Assembly: GCF_006345805.1 (NCBI RefSeq)
Contig: NC_043001.1
Span: 77,004,001 to 77,068,000, forward strand
DNA: 64,000 bases
Direction: 5' to 3'
From: Octopus sinensis
Lineage: Eukaryota
Shown: positions 38,984 to 49,757 of the stretch, piece after piece
Position numbering within the stretch: the stretch's first letter is position 1
How the letters are laid out: each line of letters begins with the position of its first letter
Translations under genes and position numbers: made by a program
Notes under the pieces: model-generated
Seen by the model: only the letters and a program-made list of their open reading frames with translations
Told to the model about the DNA's origin: nothing
Database searches by the model: none

Positions 38984-39822
38984 CGAGATGGTATCAAAAC
39001 GTTGCCGGACTAGTTCTGTAGTACGCCAACAGATGGCAGCAAACATGGTTGCGAGCGGAGTGAGAGCTTGCAGTGACCTTCATGGGGCAATGTTCCAAGT
39101 GGTATCACTGTGTTTACTTCGCAAATTGTGAAATTTATGATCATGTGTATGTTGTCGTCTGCGATTTTGGAACAAAGAGCCATAAAGTTCTCCGTTAAAC
39201 TTGGAAGTCTGCGACAGAGACATTGAGCATGCTTCAGCAAGCTTACGGTGTCGAGGCAATGGGTCATATGAAATGTTTTGAGTGATGTGGGCGCTATGAA
39301 AGCAGAAGTCCCTGGAATACAGTGAATAATCTTGAAGACCTGTCAAGAGTGTCACTACTGGAAATGTGGTATTGTGCATTGAGAATTCGTTCGTCATAGC
39401 CAGACTCTTGATCTAGAGTTCTACTGCAATGTTTTGAAGCGTTTGAGGCAAAAGCAACTGGATCTTTGGAGTGCAAAGAGCTGGATCCTTCACGACAATG
39501 CCCCTTGTCACCGAGTTCTCATTCATGAGTTTCTCGCTTAAAACAACATGGTATGACTTCCGCACTCACCCTATTCGCCAGAATTAGCACTTGCGGACTT
39601 ATGCAGCTCAAAGGTCAAAGTCCAGAGTGAAATGTAGAAGGTCCTTGACTCACTTATAGAAAACGACTTTTAGGCAGGATTCCAAAAGTGGTAGGGATGA
39701 TGGAAATGGTGTATTGATGCGGAAGGTGACTATTTCGAAGGAGATGATGTTAAAACTTAGGTAAATAAGTTATTTTTTTTAATTATACATAACTAGACCG
39801 GGAGCTTTTTGATACCACCTCG
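38984..39822 (+). mobile_element. Internally deleted mariner element with both TIRs
   Basis: TA|CGAGATGGTATCAAAACGTTGCCGGACTAGTT ... AACTAGACCGGGAGCTTTTTGATACCACCTCG|TA. Remnants include EQRAIKFSVKLG..ATETLSMLQQAYG, HDNAP and GDYFEGD. Confidence 0.9.
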
Positions 39823-39824
39823 TA

Positions 39825-40130
39825 TGTTTCTTACTTGTTCCACTCATTGGACTGTGGTCATGTTGGGGCACTGCCTTGAAGGTTTAAAGTCATACAAATC
39901 AATCCCAGCACTTATTTGTAAGCCCAGTATTTATTATATTGGTTTTTTACCACATAAACAGATCAACACTAGTGGTGAAGTGGTGGGAGACAAACAAAGT
40001 TACACTCACACAACAGCCTTTCAGCTTCTGTCAATCAAATTCACCCACAATGTATTGGTTAGCCTGCAGTCACGGTAAAAGATACTTGCCCAAGGTGCCA
40101 TGTGTGTGTATTAACCAACGCATACAGTGT
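39825..40130 (-). mobile_element. Diverged SINE family A copy just 3' of the MRNIP stop
   Basis: CACCTTGGGCAAGTATC..GAATTTGATTGACAGAAGCTGAAAGG..CAGTCCAATGAGTGGAACAAG on the - strand. Confidence 0.75.
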
Positions 40131-40201
40131 CATAGAGCCATTTCAGCTGATCTTACCACTGTTCTAGAGTTAAAAAAAAACAACTCAAATTCACTGAATT
40201 A

Positions 40202-41183
40202 TTAGAAAGTAAAATCAAATTCATTTTCATCCAGGTTGAACATATTGTCTACACCAGTGAAATCCTTAGGGATCACATTAGTAGACTTCACAATGGGATT
40301 TTGGCAAACTGAGGTCAATGGAAGGCAATCATTTGATCTTTGACATGAAGAGTCCTGAATGTGTCCCTTCTTACCATTCTCCTTTGCAGAAAGCAAACTG
40401 TTCCCAAATGTAGGTATTTCATGTTGAGTTCTGTTGTATGGGATGAACTGCGTGACTGAACCAGTATTCATACTATTAACACCAACACCTCCACCATCAC
40501 TACCAATACCATCTCCATCATCTATATCATCATCATCATCATCATTGTCACTGTCGTCAACAGAATCTTCCATCTGGCATGGGTTGCTTAAAAAACAGCT
40601 CCACTTTGATGAGGAGGAACTAGTAGAATGAACAGCTTTAATGGAACCAGTTGGTGACTTTTGATGGAAAGATGATGATGGCGTGTTACTAGCCTTACCA
40701 GGAGAATTGTCAAGTACTGATGACCGTCTTGTTGAACACGAATACATTTCTTCATCATGTTTTATGGTACTGGCAGTAGTAACATCACATGTAGCAGCAG
40801 TGGTAGAAGCAGTTGCTGTAGTAGTAGTAGTAGAAGTAGTAGCTGATGGCATGAGATTTGTTGATGTGACATGTGATGCAGGTTTGAAAACATTACCAGG
40901 ACGATGGCCGCTATTAGAAACAAACTGGACTCCGGTAAAGTCACTTTCTCTAGTAAAGCAATTAGTAAAAGGAGCACCCTGGGTCCTGCAATATTTTGTC
41001 CTCTTAGGTTGACCAGTGATGTTTTCGGAGGAAGGCCGATGCTGTTCAGCATTCAGAGAGGGTTCGCTTTTTAGTGCCTGGACGTAGCGGTGGTGGTAGT
41101 CATTGGAGGAAGCATCAGGTGGACAGTGTTTCGAGACTGTTTTTCTGTAGTGATGTGATTCTGAAACTGACCATTTTGGACGT
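40202..41183 (-). CDS. MRNIP: MRNIP terminal coding exon (-KRPKWSVSE...NMFNLDENEFDFTF*)
   Basis: Acceptor cttcacaatttcag|A; 982 nt, phase 2; TAA at 40204-40202. The junction makes FRKRPKW (cf. recalled PRKRKW). Total CDS 1443 nt = 480 aa. Confidence 0.88.
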
Positions 41184-42419
41184 CTGAAATTGTGAAGAAA
41201 ATAAAGGTTAAAACAACGGCGTGCATACATAGATATATGTATATACATGTATTTGTGTGTGTGTGTGTGTGTGTGTGGGTGAGTGTATTGGGTCATCCCA
41301 TAAATAATACAGTTTTTTCAATTGCATGAACTAAGTCAGAGGGGGATTGCATTAACTACCTGCATCAACTTACTATAAAAGCTGGTAGTAATTTTTCCTT
41401 GTCCTTATTCTTAGTGCAAGTTTTGAAGAGTGCAGTTCGATTTTAACAGTTATTTTTTCAAAGCTATAATGTCTGGAGTAATAAACCAACCAACATTTAA
41501 CCTCACAAATCAAACCTCTTATGTCTCTCAAGTAATTTATAAGAACAACTACCTGGTTGTCTGATAACTCACAGGCCCACATTCATTCCCTGTTTCTAAC
41601 CATCGCTCACTCTCCTATAAACTCTTGCAACCTCTATTTACCCACACTTCCTTTTCTCCTTCTCCTACTCACTTTATATCTTGACATGGAGCTGGTTAGT
41701 CTATAGTAGACATTTCATCAGTTATTTTTCTCTCTTTCTAGCATCACTCTGGCCACTCCCATCTTCTCTTCTATAATACAAGTAACTATAGTCCCTCTAC
41801 AGCAAGAAACTTGTTCTGGACCCTTCTCTCTCACTTTAACTCTTTATCTCACAGCATAAAGCTACCTCTCTCTCTCGACAACAGCCCTACTTAATCAAAG
41901 GGTATCTTAGTTTTGCAGGTTGGTGCCACAAAAATGGTACCAAGTACATGCTGTAAAGTGGCATTAGAAAGGGCAGTCATCCATAGAAACCATGCCAAAG
42001 CAGACATTGGGACACAGTATAGTCTTCAAACCTGTTGGATCCTTTCAAACTGTCCAACCCATGCCAGCATGGAACATGGATGTTAAATGATGATGATGAT
42101 GGACTAATTGGTTGTCTGCTACTTCACAGACTCAACATTTTATGTCTCTCAGTTAATTTATAAGAATGATAGACAGGTTGTCTGATGTATTTCACAAACT
42201 CAACCTTCTGTCTCTGTGTTAACCATTTTTTAAAACCATATCTATATTTTAATTGGGTGTCTTCATTTTTTAGTAAATCAACATTGTATTTTTGTTGAAC
42301 CTTACATTCCTCTTTTAAAGGCAATACAATAGAATACACTTGGTCGAAAATTAAGGCTGCTTTTATTTCATTATTAGAAGAATGCGCAGGGTGCATAAAC
42401 ACAATTAGAAAAGGCACAC

Positions 42420-42620
42420 CAAATGTAGCTAAAAGTGCTTTACAGTGGAATCCGGATGGATATAGAAAGAAAGGTAGGCCTAAGAACTCGCGGCGTAGAT
42501 CAACACAAAAGGAACTAGAGAAAGGGGGACATTCATAGCAGAGTATAAGTATGGCAGTGAAAAATTATGCGACTTGGAATTCAACTATAAGTGGCCTATA
42601 CTCCGCGTTGGAGGGTTAAA
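42420..42620 (+). mobile_element. RTE 3' fragment in MRNIP intron 3 (antisense)
   Basis: KSALQWNPDGYRKKGRPKNSRRR resembles the RTE C-terminal W.P.G.R.RGRPK motif. Confidence 0.6.
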
Positions 42621-42669
42621 GGCAGGATGTCTAATATATATATATATCTATACTGAAATATACTGCTTT

Positions 42670-42858
42670 TGCTTCATTAATTTTGAAGATAATGAAGAAT
42701 TTATTAAAATAACTGTCATTATTATGCTGGTGTCTGGAATACAAACTAACATGAAATTTTGATAGAAGGTTTCAATTTAGACCACTATCATAACAGTGAA
42801 TTTACATCAAAGAATCAGGAGCACTTTCAGGCAGCTTGGTTGGTATCAAAAGGGTTAA
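42670..42858. mobile_element. piggyBac-like non-autonomous element end; homologous piece at ~46545-46660
   Basis: Ends GGTATCAAAAGGG|TTAA. Similar AAGGGTTAA ends occur at ~24770 and ~36375. Confidence 0.55.
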
Positions 42859-42894
42859 TTTAAAAGGAAGATCAATAAAATGTGACAAACTCAC

Positions 42895-43058
42895 TTTCTG
42901 AAATTTTGAAAACTTCCCACCTCAAACTGGTCAGCAGTACTAACAGTGTCATTGTCTTCTGGATCCTCATAAACTGATTCAGTATCAAGATTTGAATTGA
43001 GAAATTTCTGCCACCTGTTGCAAGTCTGTCCAGAGGAGGTACATTCATTACTTTCTTC
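42895..43058 (-). CDS. MRNIP: MRNIP coding exon 3 (EESNECTSSGQTCNRWQKFLNSNLDTESVYEDPEDNDTVSTADQFEVGSFQNFR-), absent from the ORF track
   Basis: Acceptor ttattattag|GAA, donor AGAAA|GTGAGT; 164 nt, phase 0/2, exactly bridging exon 2 (phase 0) and exon 4 (phase 2). NRWQKFL resembles the recalled SRWLKYL motif. Confidence 0.85.
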
Positions 43059-43202
43059 CTAATAATAATAATAATAAGAACAACAGTATTAGTAGTAATA
43101 ATTAGTATGAAATAGCCTGGCTATGCAAAATGAAAAAAGTGAAGATAGTGCCAATTATTGTTGGGTCCCTGGGGACAGTATCAGACGGCATCAAGAGGAA
43201 TA

Positions 43203-43570
43203 CTCTCTTTTACTTGTTTCAGTCATTTGACTATGGCCATGCTGGAGCATCGCCTTTAGTCGAGCAAATCGACCCCAGGACTTATTCTTTGTAAGCCTAG
43301 TACTTATTCTATCGGTCTCTTTTGCCGAACCGCTAAGTTACAGGGACGCAAACACACCAGCATTGGTTGTCAAGCGATGTTGGGGGGACAAACACAGACA
43401 CACAAACATGGGCTTCTTTCAGTTTCCGTCTACTAAATCCACTCACAAGGCTTTGGTCAGCCTGAGGCTATAGCAGAAGACACTTGCCCAGGGTGCCATG
43501 CAGTGGAACTGAACCTGGAACCATGTGGTTCATAAGCAAGCTACTTACCACAGAGCCACTCCTATGCCTA
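43203..43570 (-). mobile_element. SINE family A copy in MRNIP intron 2
   Basis: Complete copy lacking the internal microsatellite. Confidence 0.88.
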
Positions 43571-44925
43571 CTAATATAAAGGAAATCAGAATAGAGTGCC
43601 TAGTAAAAAGGTTTGGCATGGTCAGAATAATCAGGAAAGTATTATTATAGCATGGTACCATAGGCTGCAGGTAGCAAGCCTGCTCCACATGCAAGACTCC
43701 AGGAGTTACAACAAAACTTGAGACAAAAAGAATAAAAAAACTAATTATAATCCTTTCTATTATAGCCACAAGGCCTGAAATTTTGGGGGAGGAGGTTAGT
43801 CAATTACATTGAACCAAGTACTCAACTGGTACTTATTTTACTGACCTTGAAAAGGACAAAAGGCAAGGTCAACATCAGCAGAATTTGAACTCAGAATGTA
43901 AACTGGAAGAAATGCTGCAAAACATTTTGTCTGCTGTGCTAACAATTCTGCCAGCTTGCTGCTTTAATAATAATGATGCTTTCTAATTTTGTCACAAGGC
44001 CAGCAATTTTGAGGGGAGATGGAAGTTTATTACATTGACCCCAGAGTTCCACTGGTACTTATGGGTGCCCTAGGTATGATAAGAATGGTATGTCAGAAAC
44101 ATCTAAGTAATATCTCAGGAGAACCATGTCTCAGAGAAATCCAAAAGATTGTGCTGACAAGTAGTGCCCACATCCTTAGAAAAATCATATCCATTTAAAT
44201 GTCTGTTGTATTACATGAAGATATTTTGCTACTGCCCCTGCCACTTCCCCTCTCCAAGCTTTCAGTCATACCATAACATCTCTTATCCTTCATTCACCCT
44301 AGATTAAAAATAATAATAATAATAATGATAATAATAATAATAGTAATAATAATAATAATAATAATAATGGTTTCAAATTTTGGCACAAGGCCACCAATTT
44401 TGGAGAGAGGAAAAGCTGATTACATTGATCCCAGTACTCAACTGATACTTATTTTATTGACTTCAAGAGGATGAAAGGCAAAGTCAACCTTGGCGGAATT
44501 TGAACTCAGAATGTAAAGATGGATGAAATGCCGCTAAGCATTTTGCCCAGCACGCTAACACTTCTGCCAGCTTGCCACCTTCAGTAGTGGTTGTAGCAGT
44601 AGTAATAATAGTTTTAAATTTTAGAATTTCCCTAAGGCCAGCATTTCCAACTATCATGATATACCAAGACAGAGACACAAACACACATGTATAAATCCAT
44701 TTTTTATGTGTTGGCAGATTCCTTAGATTCTCAACTTCACTTGTGGTTAATATTGACTAACATGTTAGCCAAAAGTTGAGAATTCTAAGAATTCCAACAC
44801 AATATATAAAATGGATTTATACCGCATGAATTACTCTATCAAGAATTTACCAATACTGCCTAATAACACACATACACATATATCTGTTAACAGGCACAGG
44901 TGTAACTGTGTGGTAAGAAGTTTAA

Positions 44926-45345
44926 GGCAGCGAGCTGGCAGAACGGTTAGCACACCGGGTGAAATGCTTTGTGGTATTTCATCTGCTGCTGCGTTCTGAG
45001 TTCAAATTCCGCCGAGGTCGACTTTGCCTTTCATCCTTTCGGGGTCGATAAATTAAGTACCAGTCACACACTGGGGTCGATATAATCGACTTAATTTGTT
45101 TGTCTGTCCTTGTTTGTCCTCTCTGTGTTTAGCCCCTTGTGGGTCATAAAGAAATAGGTATTTTGTCTGTCTTTACGTTCTGAGTTCAAATTCCGCTGAG
45201 GTCGATTTTTGCCTTTCATCCTTTCAGGGTCAATAAATTAAGTACCCATTACGCACTGGGGTCGATGTAATCGACTTAATCCCTTTGTCTGTCCTTGTTT
45301 GTCCCCTCTATGTTTAGCCCCTTGTGGGCAAAAAAGAAATAATAA
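44926..45345 (+). mobile_element. SINE family C partial tandem dimer inserted into a SINE A head (MRNIP intron 2)
   Basis: Body and tail repeated twice. The SINE A head begins ~44895 and resumes at ~45345. Confidence 0.85.
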
Positions 45346-45722
45346 GCTTGCTTCTGAACCACATGGTTCCAGGTTCAATCTGATTGCATGGCACCTTGGT
45401 TAAGTGTCTTCTAAAAAAGCTCTGGTGTGACTAAAGCCTTGTAAGTGGATTTAGTAAATGGAAACTGAAAGAAGCCCATATCTATATGTGTGTGTGTGTG
45501 TATGTGTCTTTGCCATAACATCATGTGATTGTCGCCATCATGCAAGCGGCGCTTTATTTCCGATATTCTGTGAAAACTTATCTGGTCATGGGGGAAACAT
45601 CACCTTGCTTAGAAACAGGTGAGGGTTGGCAACAGGAAGGTCATCCAGCTGTAGAAAATCTGCCTCAACAAATTCCATCTGACCCATACAAGCATGAAAT
45701 AGTAAATATTAAAACAATGATG

Positions 45723-46038
45723 GTGGAGGTGCAATGGCCCAGTGGTTAGGTCAGCAGACCCGCGGTCGGAGGATCGCAGTTTCGATTCCCAGACCGGGCG
45801 TTGTGTGTGTCTATTGAGCTAAAACATCAAAAAGGTCCACAAGGCTCCAACAGGGGGTGGTGGCGACCTTTGTTGTACTCTTTAGCCACGACTTTCTCTC
45901 ACTCTCTCTTTCTGTTTTTTGAGTAACGCTGCGATGGACTGGCGTCCCGTCCAGCTGGGGGGAACACATACGTCACAGAAACCGGGAAACCGGGCCCATG
46001 AACCTGGATAGGCTTGAAAAGGGCGAAAAAAAAAAAAA
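45723..46038 (+). mobile_element. SINE family E (tRNA head plus V-domain-like core)
   Basis: GCAATGGCCCAGTGGTTAGG..GTTTCGATTCCC. Contains GCTGCGATGGACTGGCGTCCCGTCCAG, resembling the recalled V-SINE core. Poly(A) tail. Confidence 0.8.
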
Positions 46039-46301
46039 GAAGAAAATCATGATGATGATATATGTATACGCACACAACAGGCTTCTTTTCAGTTTCTACC
46101 AACAAAATCCAATCACACTGCTCTTGTGCAGTTTGGGGCTATAGTAGAAACAAGGTGCTATGCAGTGGGAATGAAGCCAAAACATGCCGCTAAGAAGCAA
46201 ATGTATTTACCACACCAACACCTTTCATGAACCACCTTTCTCCATTTGCAAAATATAATTCCTGAAAATTTATATTTCTGATTTGTTTTAAAGTAACTCA
46301 C

Positions 46302-46478
46302 TGAATCTTGTTCAACATTTTGTTGATGTTGTCGTTGTTGTTGATGTTTCTGCTGTTGTTCCGGCTGACAGAGTACAGAAAGGTTCTCCTCAAATTCCTT
46401 TCGATCCATATCCTGGCGTAACGAGTTCAATTTCTGGACATGATGCCGACAGTCAGCTCCAGATCCTCTGCCATACTC
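46302..46478 (-). CDS. MRNIP: MRNIP coding exon 2 (EYGRGSGADCRHHVQKLNSLRQ...QQQKHQQQRQHQQNVEQDS)
   Basis: Acceptor ttgtcgttgcag|GAG, donor TCA|GTGAGT; 177 nt, phase 0/0. Contains the conserved YG.GSGADCR.HVQKLN motif. Confidence 0.92.
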
Positions 46479-46904
46479 CTGCAACGACAATAACATTTAG
46501 CATTAACCGTTTCGTTACCATATTTCTTGTTGAAATATGCTGCTTTTGTTCCTATTAATTTTGAAGCTAATGAAGAATTTAGTAAAATAACTGTCGTTAT
46601 TATTATGATAGTGTTTAAAACATAAATTAACATGACATTTTGATGGAGGGTCTTAATTTACGATGGCATGTATAAAGCACTCGGTACACTCTGCTAAGTG
46701 GTTGGTGCTAGGAAGGGCATCCAACCATGCCACAACAGACAGTTGGAGTCTGGACAGCTCCTGCTAACCTGCTCCATGTCAAACCATCCAACTCGTGCTA
46801 GCATGGAGACCAGATGATGATATATATATATGTATGTATGCTAAGCATGGGTTGGACGATTTGACTGAGGACTGGCGAACCAGATAGCTGTACCAGGCTA
46901 AAGG

Positions 46905-47370
46905 CAACAACACAACAGAAAATGTGAGGAATATTAATGCAGTTTATGAGAATTGGACAATAAGCATAAGCTAGTGTCAACAGTGGTTCCAGAAATTCCA
47001 AGCAGGAAACTACAACCTAGAAGACAAGGACATTCGGCAAACCCTGGTGGAACAAAATCTCATCATAACTGTTGAGGAACTTGCATAGAAGCTGCATGCA
47101 ACAGAAAAGTCAGCAAATTGGGTCAATGGATTCCTCACAAACTTTCCGAGTCTAATTGCATGCAGAGAGTGAATGTGTGCTCTTCTTTGCTGTCATGTCT
47201 CAAGAATGAACCTTCTATTGGTCCGAAGAGTGACTGGTGACGAGAAATGGGTTCTCTATAAAAATGTCAAGCACTGAAGACAGTGAGTAGGGAAAGGAGA
47301 AACAGCTGCACTCCAGGCTAAAGGTCTTCACCCACATAAGGTGTTACCTGTTTGGTGATCACTTTAAAAT
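46905..47370 (+). mobile_element. Mariner transposase relic in MRNIP intron 1 (antisense)
   Basis: QQWFQKFQAGNYNLED, KLGQWIPHKL (WVPHEL-like), VTGDEKWVLY, LHPHKV; stops and frameshifts. Confidence 0.85.
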
Positions 47371-47555
47371 GGGAAGTTTGTGTAATAGAACCAGAAGCAG
47401 CGTCAGGCAGGTTGGTAATCAAAAAGTTTAAGAGATCAGACTCCTTTCAAATTTTAGAAGTATTGGTCTAAAAGTTAGAATAGAAATGAAGATAAAAATA
47501 CTCTGCAATGGACATACAAAACTGATAAAGGTGAAAAGGTCATAGAGGCACATAC

Positions 47556-47675
47556 CTTGATTAAGGATTGTTTTTGTCCACAGACTTTACACGACCATTT
47601 CCTCACTTTCTTCACCTGCTGTACTTGAAATGTTTCACATTCACAGCACCTGACCACATGAAAAACTTGAGGCAT
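47556..47675 (-). CDS. MRNIP: MRNIP coding exon 1 (MPQVFHVVRCCECETFQVQQVKKVRKWSCKVCGQKQSLIK), CxxC...CxxC zinc-ribbon-like N-terminus
   Basis: ATG at 47675; 120 nt; donor AAG|GTATG, phase 0. Closely resembles the recalled MRNIP/C5orf45 N-terminus (VLRCCSC..FQ..QVKKS.KWTCK.CGEKQS). Confidence 0.92.
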
Positions 47676-47734
47676 GACTGTGATAAACCTGTTGGTAATA
47701 ACATGATATAAAAAAAAAATGTAAAGACAATAGG

Positions 47735-48110
47735 CTAGGAGTGGCTGTGTGGTAAGTAGCTTGTTTACGAACCACATGGTTCTAGGTTCAGTCCCACTGC
47801 GTGGCACCTTGGGCAAATGTCTTCTACTATAGCCTCGGGCCGACCAAAGCCTTGTGAGTGGATTTGGTAGACGGAAAATGAAAGAAGCCTGTTAGATGTA
47901 TGTATGTATTGTGTGTCTGTGCTTGTCCCCCCAACATCGCTTGACAACCGATGCTGGTGTGTTTACATCCCCAAAACTTTGCAGTTTGGCAAAAGAGACC
48001 GCTAGAATAAGTACTAGGCTTACAAAGAATAAGTCCTGGGGTAGATTTGCTCGACTAAAGGCGGTGCTCTAGCATGGCTGCAGTCAAATGACTGAAACAA
48101 GTAAAAGAGA
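47735..48110 (+). mobile_element. SINE family A copy upstream of the MRNIP ATG exon
   Basis: Complete head, body and tail. Confidence 0.88.
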
Positions 48111-49497
48111 GAGACAAGTTATCATCAACGTTTAACAGCTAATATATTAGAAGTGCTTTTCAGCCATTTTAAATACTTATTTATCTATGGACCCCTTTGA
48201 TTCTTATTTTATTCAGGTGTACCAACTTAGCCATTTGATGTTTAAAATCATGTTCATTATCATCATCATCATTTAATGTCCGTTTTCCATGCTAGCATGA
48301 GTTAGATGTTTGACAGGAGCTGACCAGCTGAAGGGCTGTTCAGGCTCCCTGTCTGTTATGGCTAACCACTTTACAAACTGTACTGGGTGCTTTTACACAG
48401 CCCTAGCACGGGTGCTTTTTACATGGAACCAGCACAGAAGGGACGAACAAGGACAAACGGATTAAGTCGATTACATCGACCCCAGTGCGTAACTGGTACT
48501 TATTTAATTGACCCCGAAAGGATGAAAGGCAAAGTCGACCTAAGCGGAATTTGACAATGACGAAAAATATCGACAACAAAATAATTTAATTGTGACAGCT
48601 ATTCCGAAAGCACGACGAACGAGGTGATAAAGAAGTTTGATAAACATGGATTTTTGAAAAAATTTCTTTTTGAAATGCGATTTACGTGTTTCAGAATAAG
48701 GGATATTAGAAAATAACAAAAGTATGAAAAAAAAAAAAAATGTAATTCTTGACAGCTATTCGGAAAGTTTGGATTAGGGTTACGTCATCGCAACCCTAAC
48801 TTCGAACCCACACTTATAACAATAAAAGCATATTTTTGCATACACTAAGGAATTAACCAACATACATTCAAGTTGGAATACTTTCTGTTTAGGATCTCCA
48901 ATTCCGTGATATCCAAGATATAATATTGAATATTCATTATATAATATTCTAATTTCGACACAAGACCAGCACCTACGAGGGTGGAGAAGCTGATTACATC
49001 AACCCTTGAACTCGACTGGTACTTCTTTTACCGATCCCGATAGGATGCAAGGCAAAGTCGACCTTCGTTAAAATATTTTAGTTAAATCATACTAACCGTT
49101 AAAAGACGTTACGAGACGCGACAAATGAAGGCAGATAGGTTTGTGTTCCGGACCACAAGTATTCTTATTCAATGGGATATGATATTAAGTAATACGGTAA
49201 TAGTAGATAAGACACAGTTAGAGGGTCCAAATTAATGGTAAAACCGACAATGTTATAAACATAAATACATATACACACATGTATACATGTAATGTAATGT
49301 AGAAGCCGTTAATATACGAACATGACATACACTAAGACACAGTTGTGCATATATACAATGTATAATTTAAAAACAGATCTATACAATGTTTAAAATATAA
49401 ACAAATATACTACTGTATGTGTGTATATATTTACACACGCATACACTATATAAAATGGAAATAAATAGTCGTATACAAAACAACACTTGTTTTCAGA

Positions 49498-49510
49498 TTT
49501 GCCGCGCAAA
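49498..49510. promoter_or_regulatory. E2F-like site upstream of MRNIP
   Basis: TTTGCCGCGCAAA contains TTTSSCGC and is near-palindromic; ~1.8 kb upstream of the ATG in otherwise CpG-poor DNA. Confidence 0.35.
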
Positions 49511-49757
49511 GTAATATGGGAGTTATCTCCCCTGAGCTTCATCTCCCAAAAAATATATCAGGAAAAAATGTCACAGAAAAACTATTATAAATTATTGATT
49601 TAGTTATGTATTTCCTTATTTCATTTAACATATTGAATAAAAGGTGACTGTTTTCGTATATGTGTTCTGACCATAATATGAAAACAAAGTGTATACTGAA
49701 TAGAGGTGAGAAGTGATGAAGGTGTACCTACACGAATGTGCCCCTCCCACCCTCGAT

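Noticed and set aside
41184-41296. N-terminal 38 aa (MTQYTHPHTH...) of the 364-aa ORF
   Set aside because: Intronic microsatellite; the real exon starts after the AG at 41185-41184.
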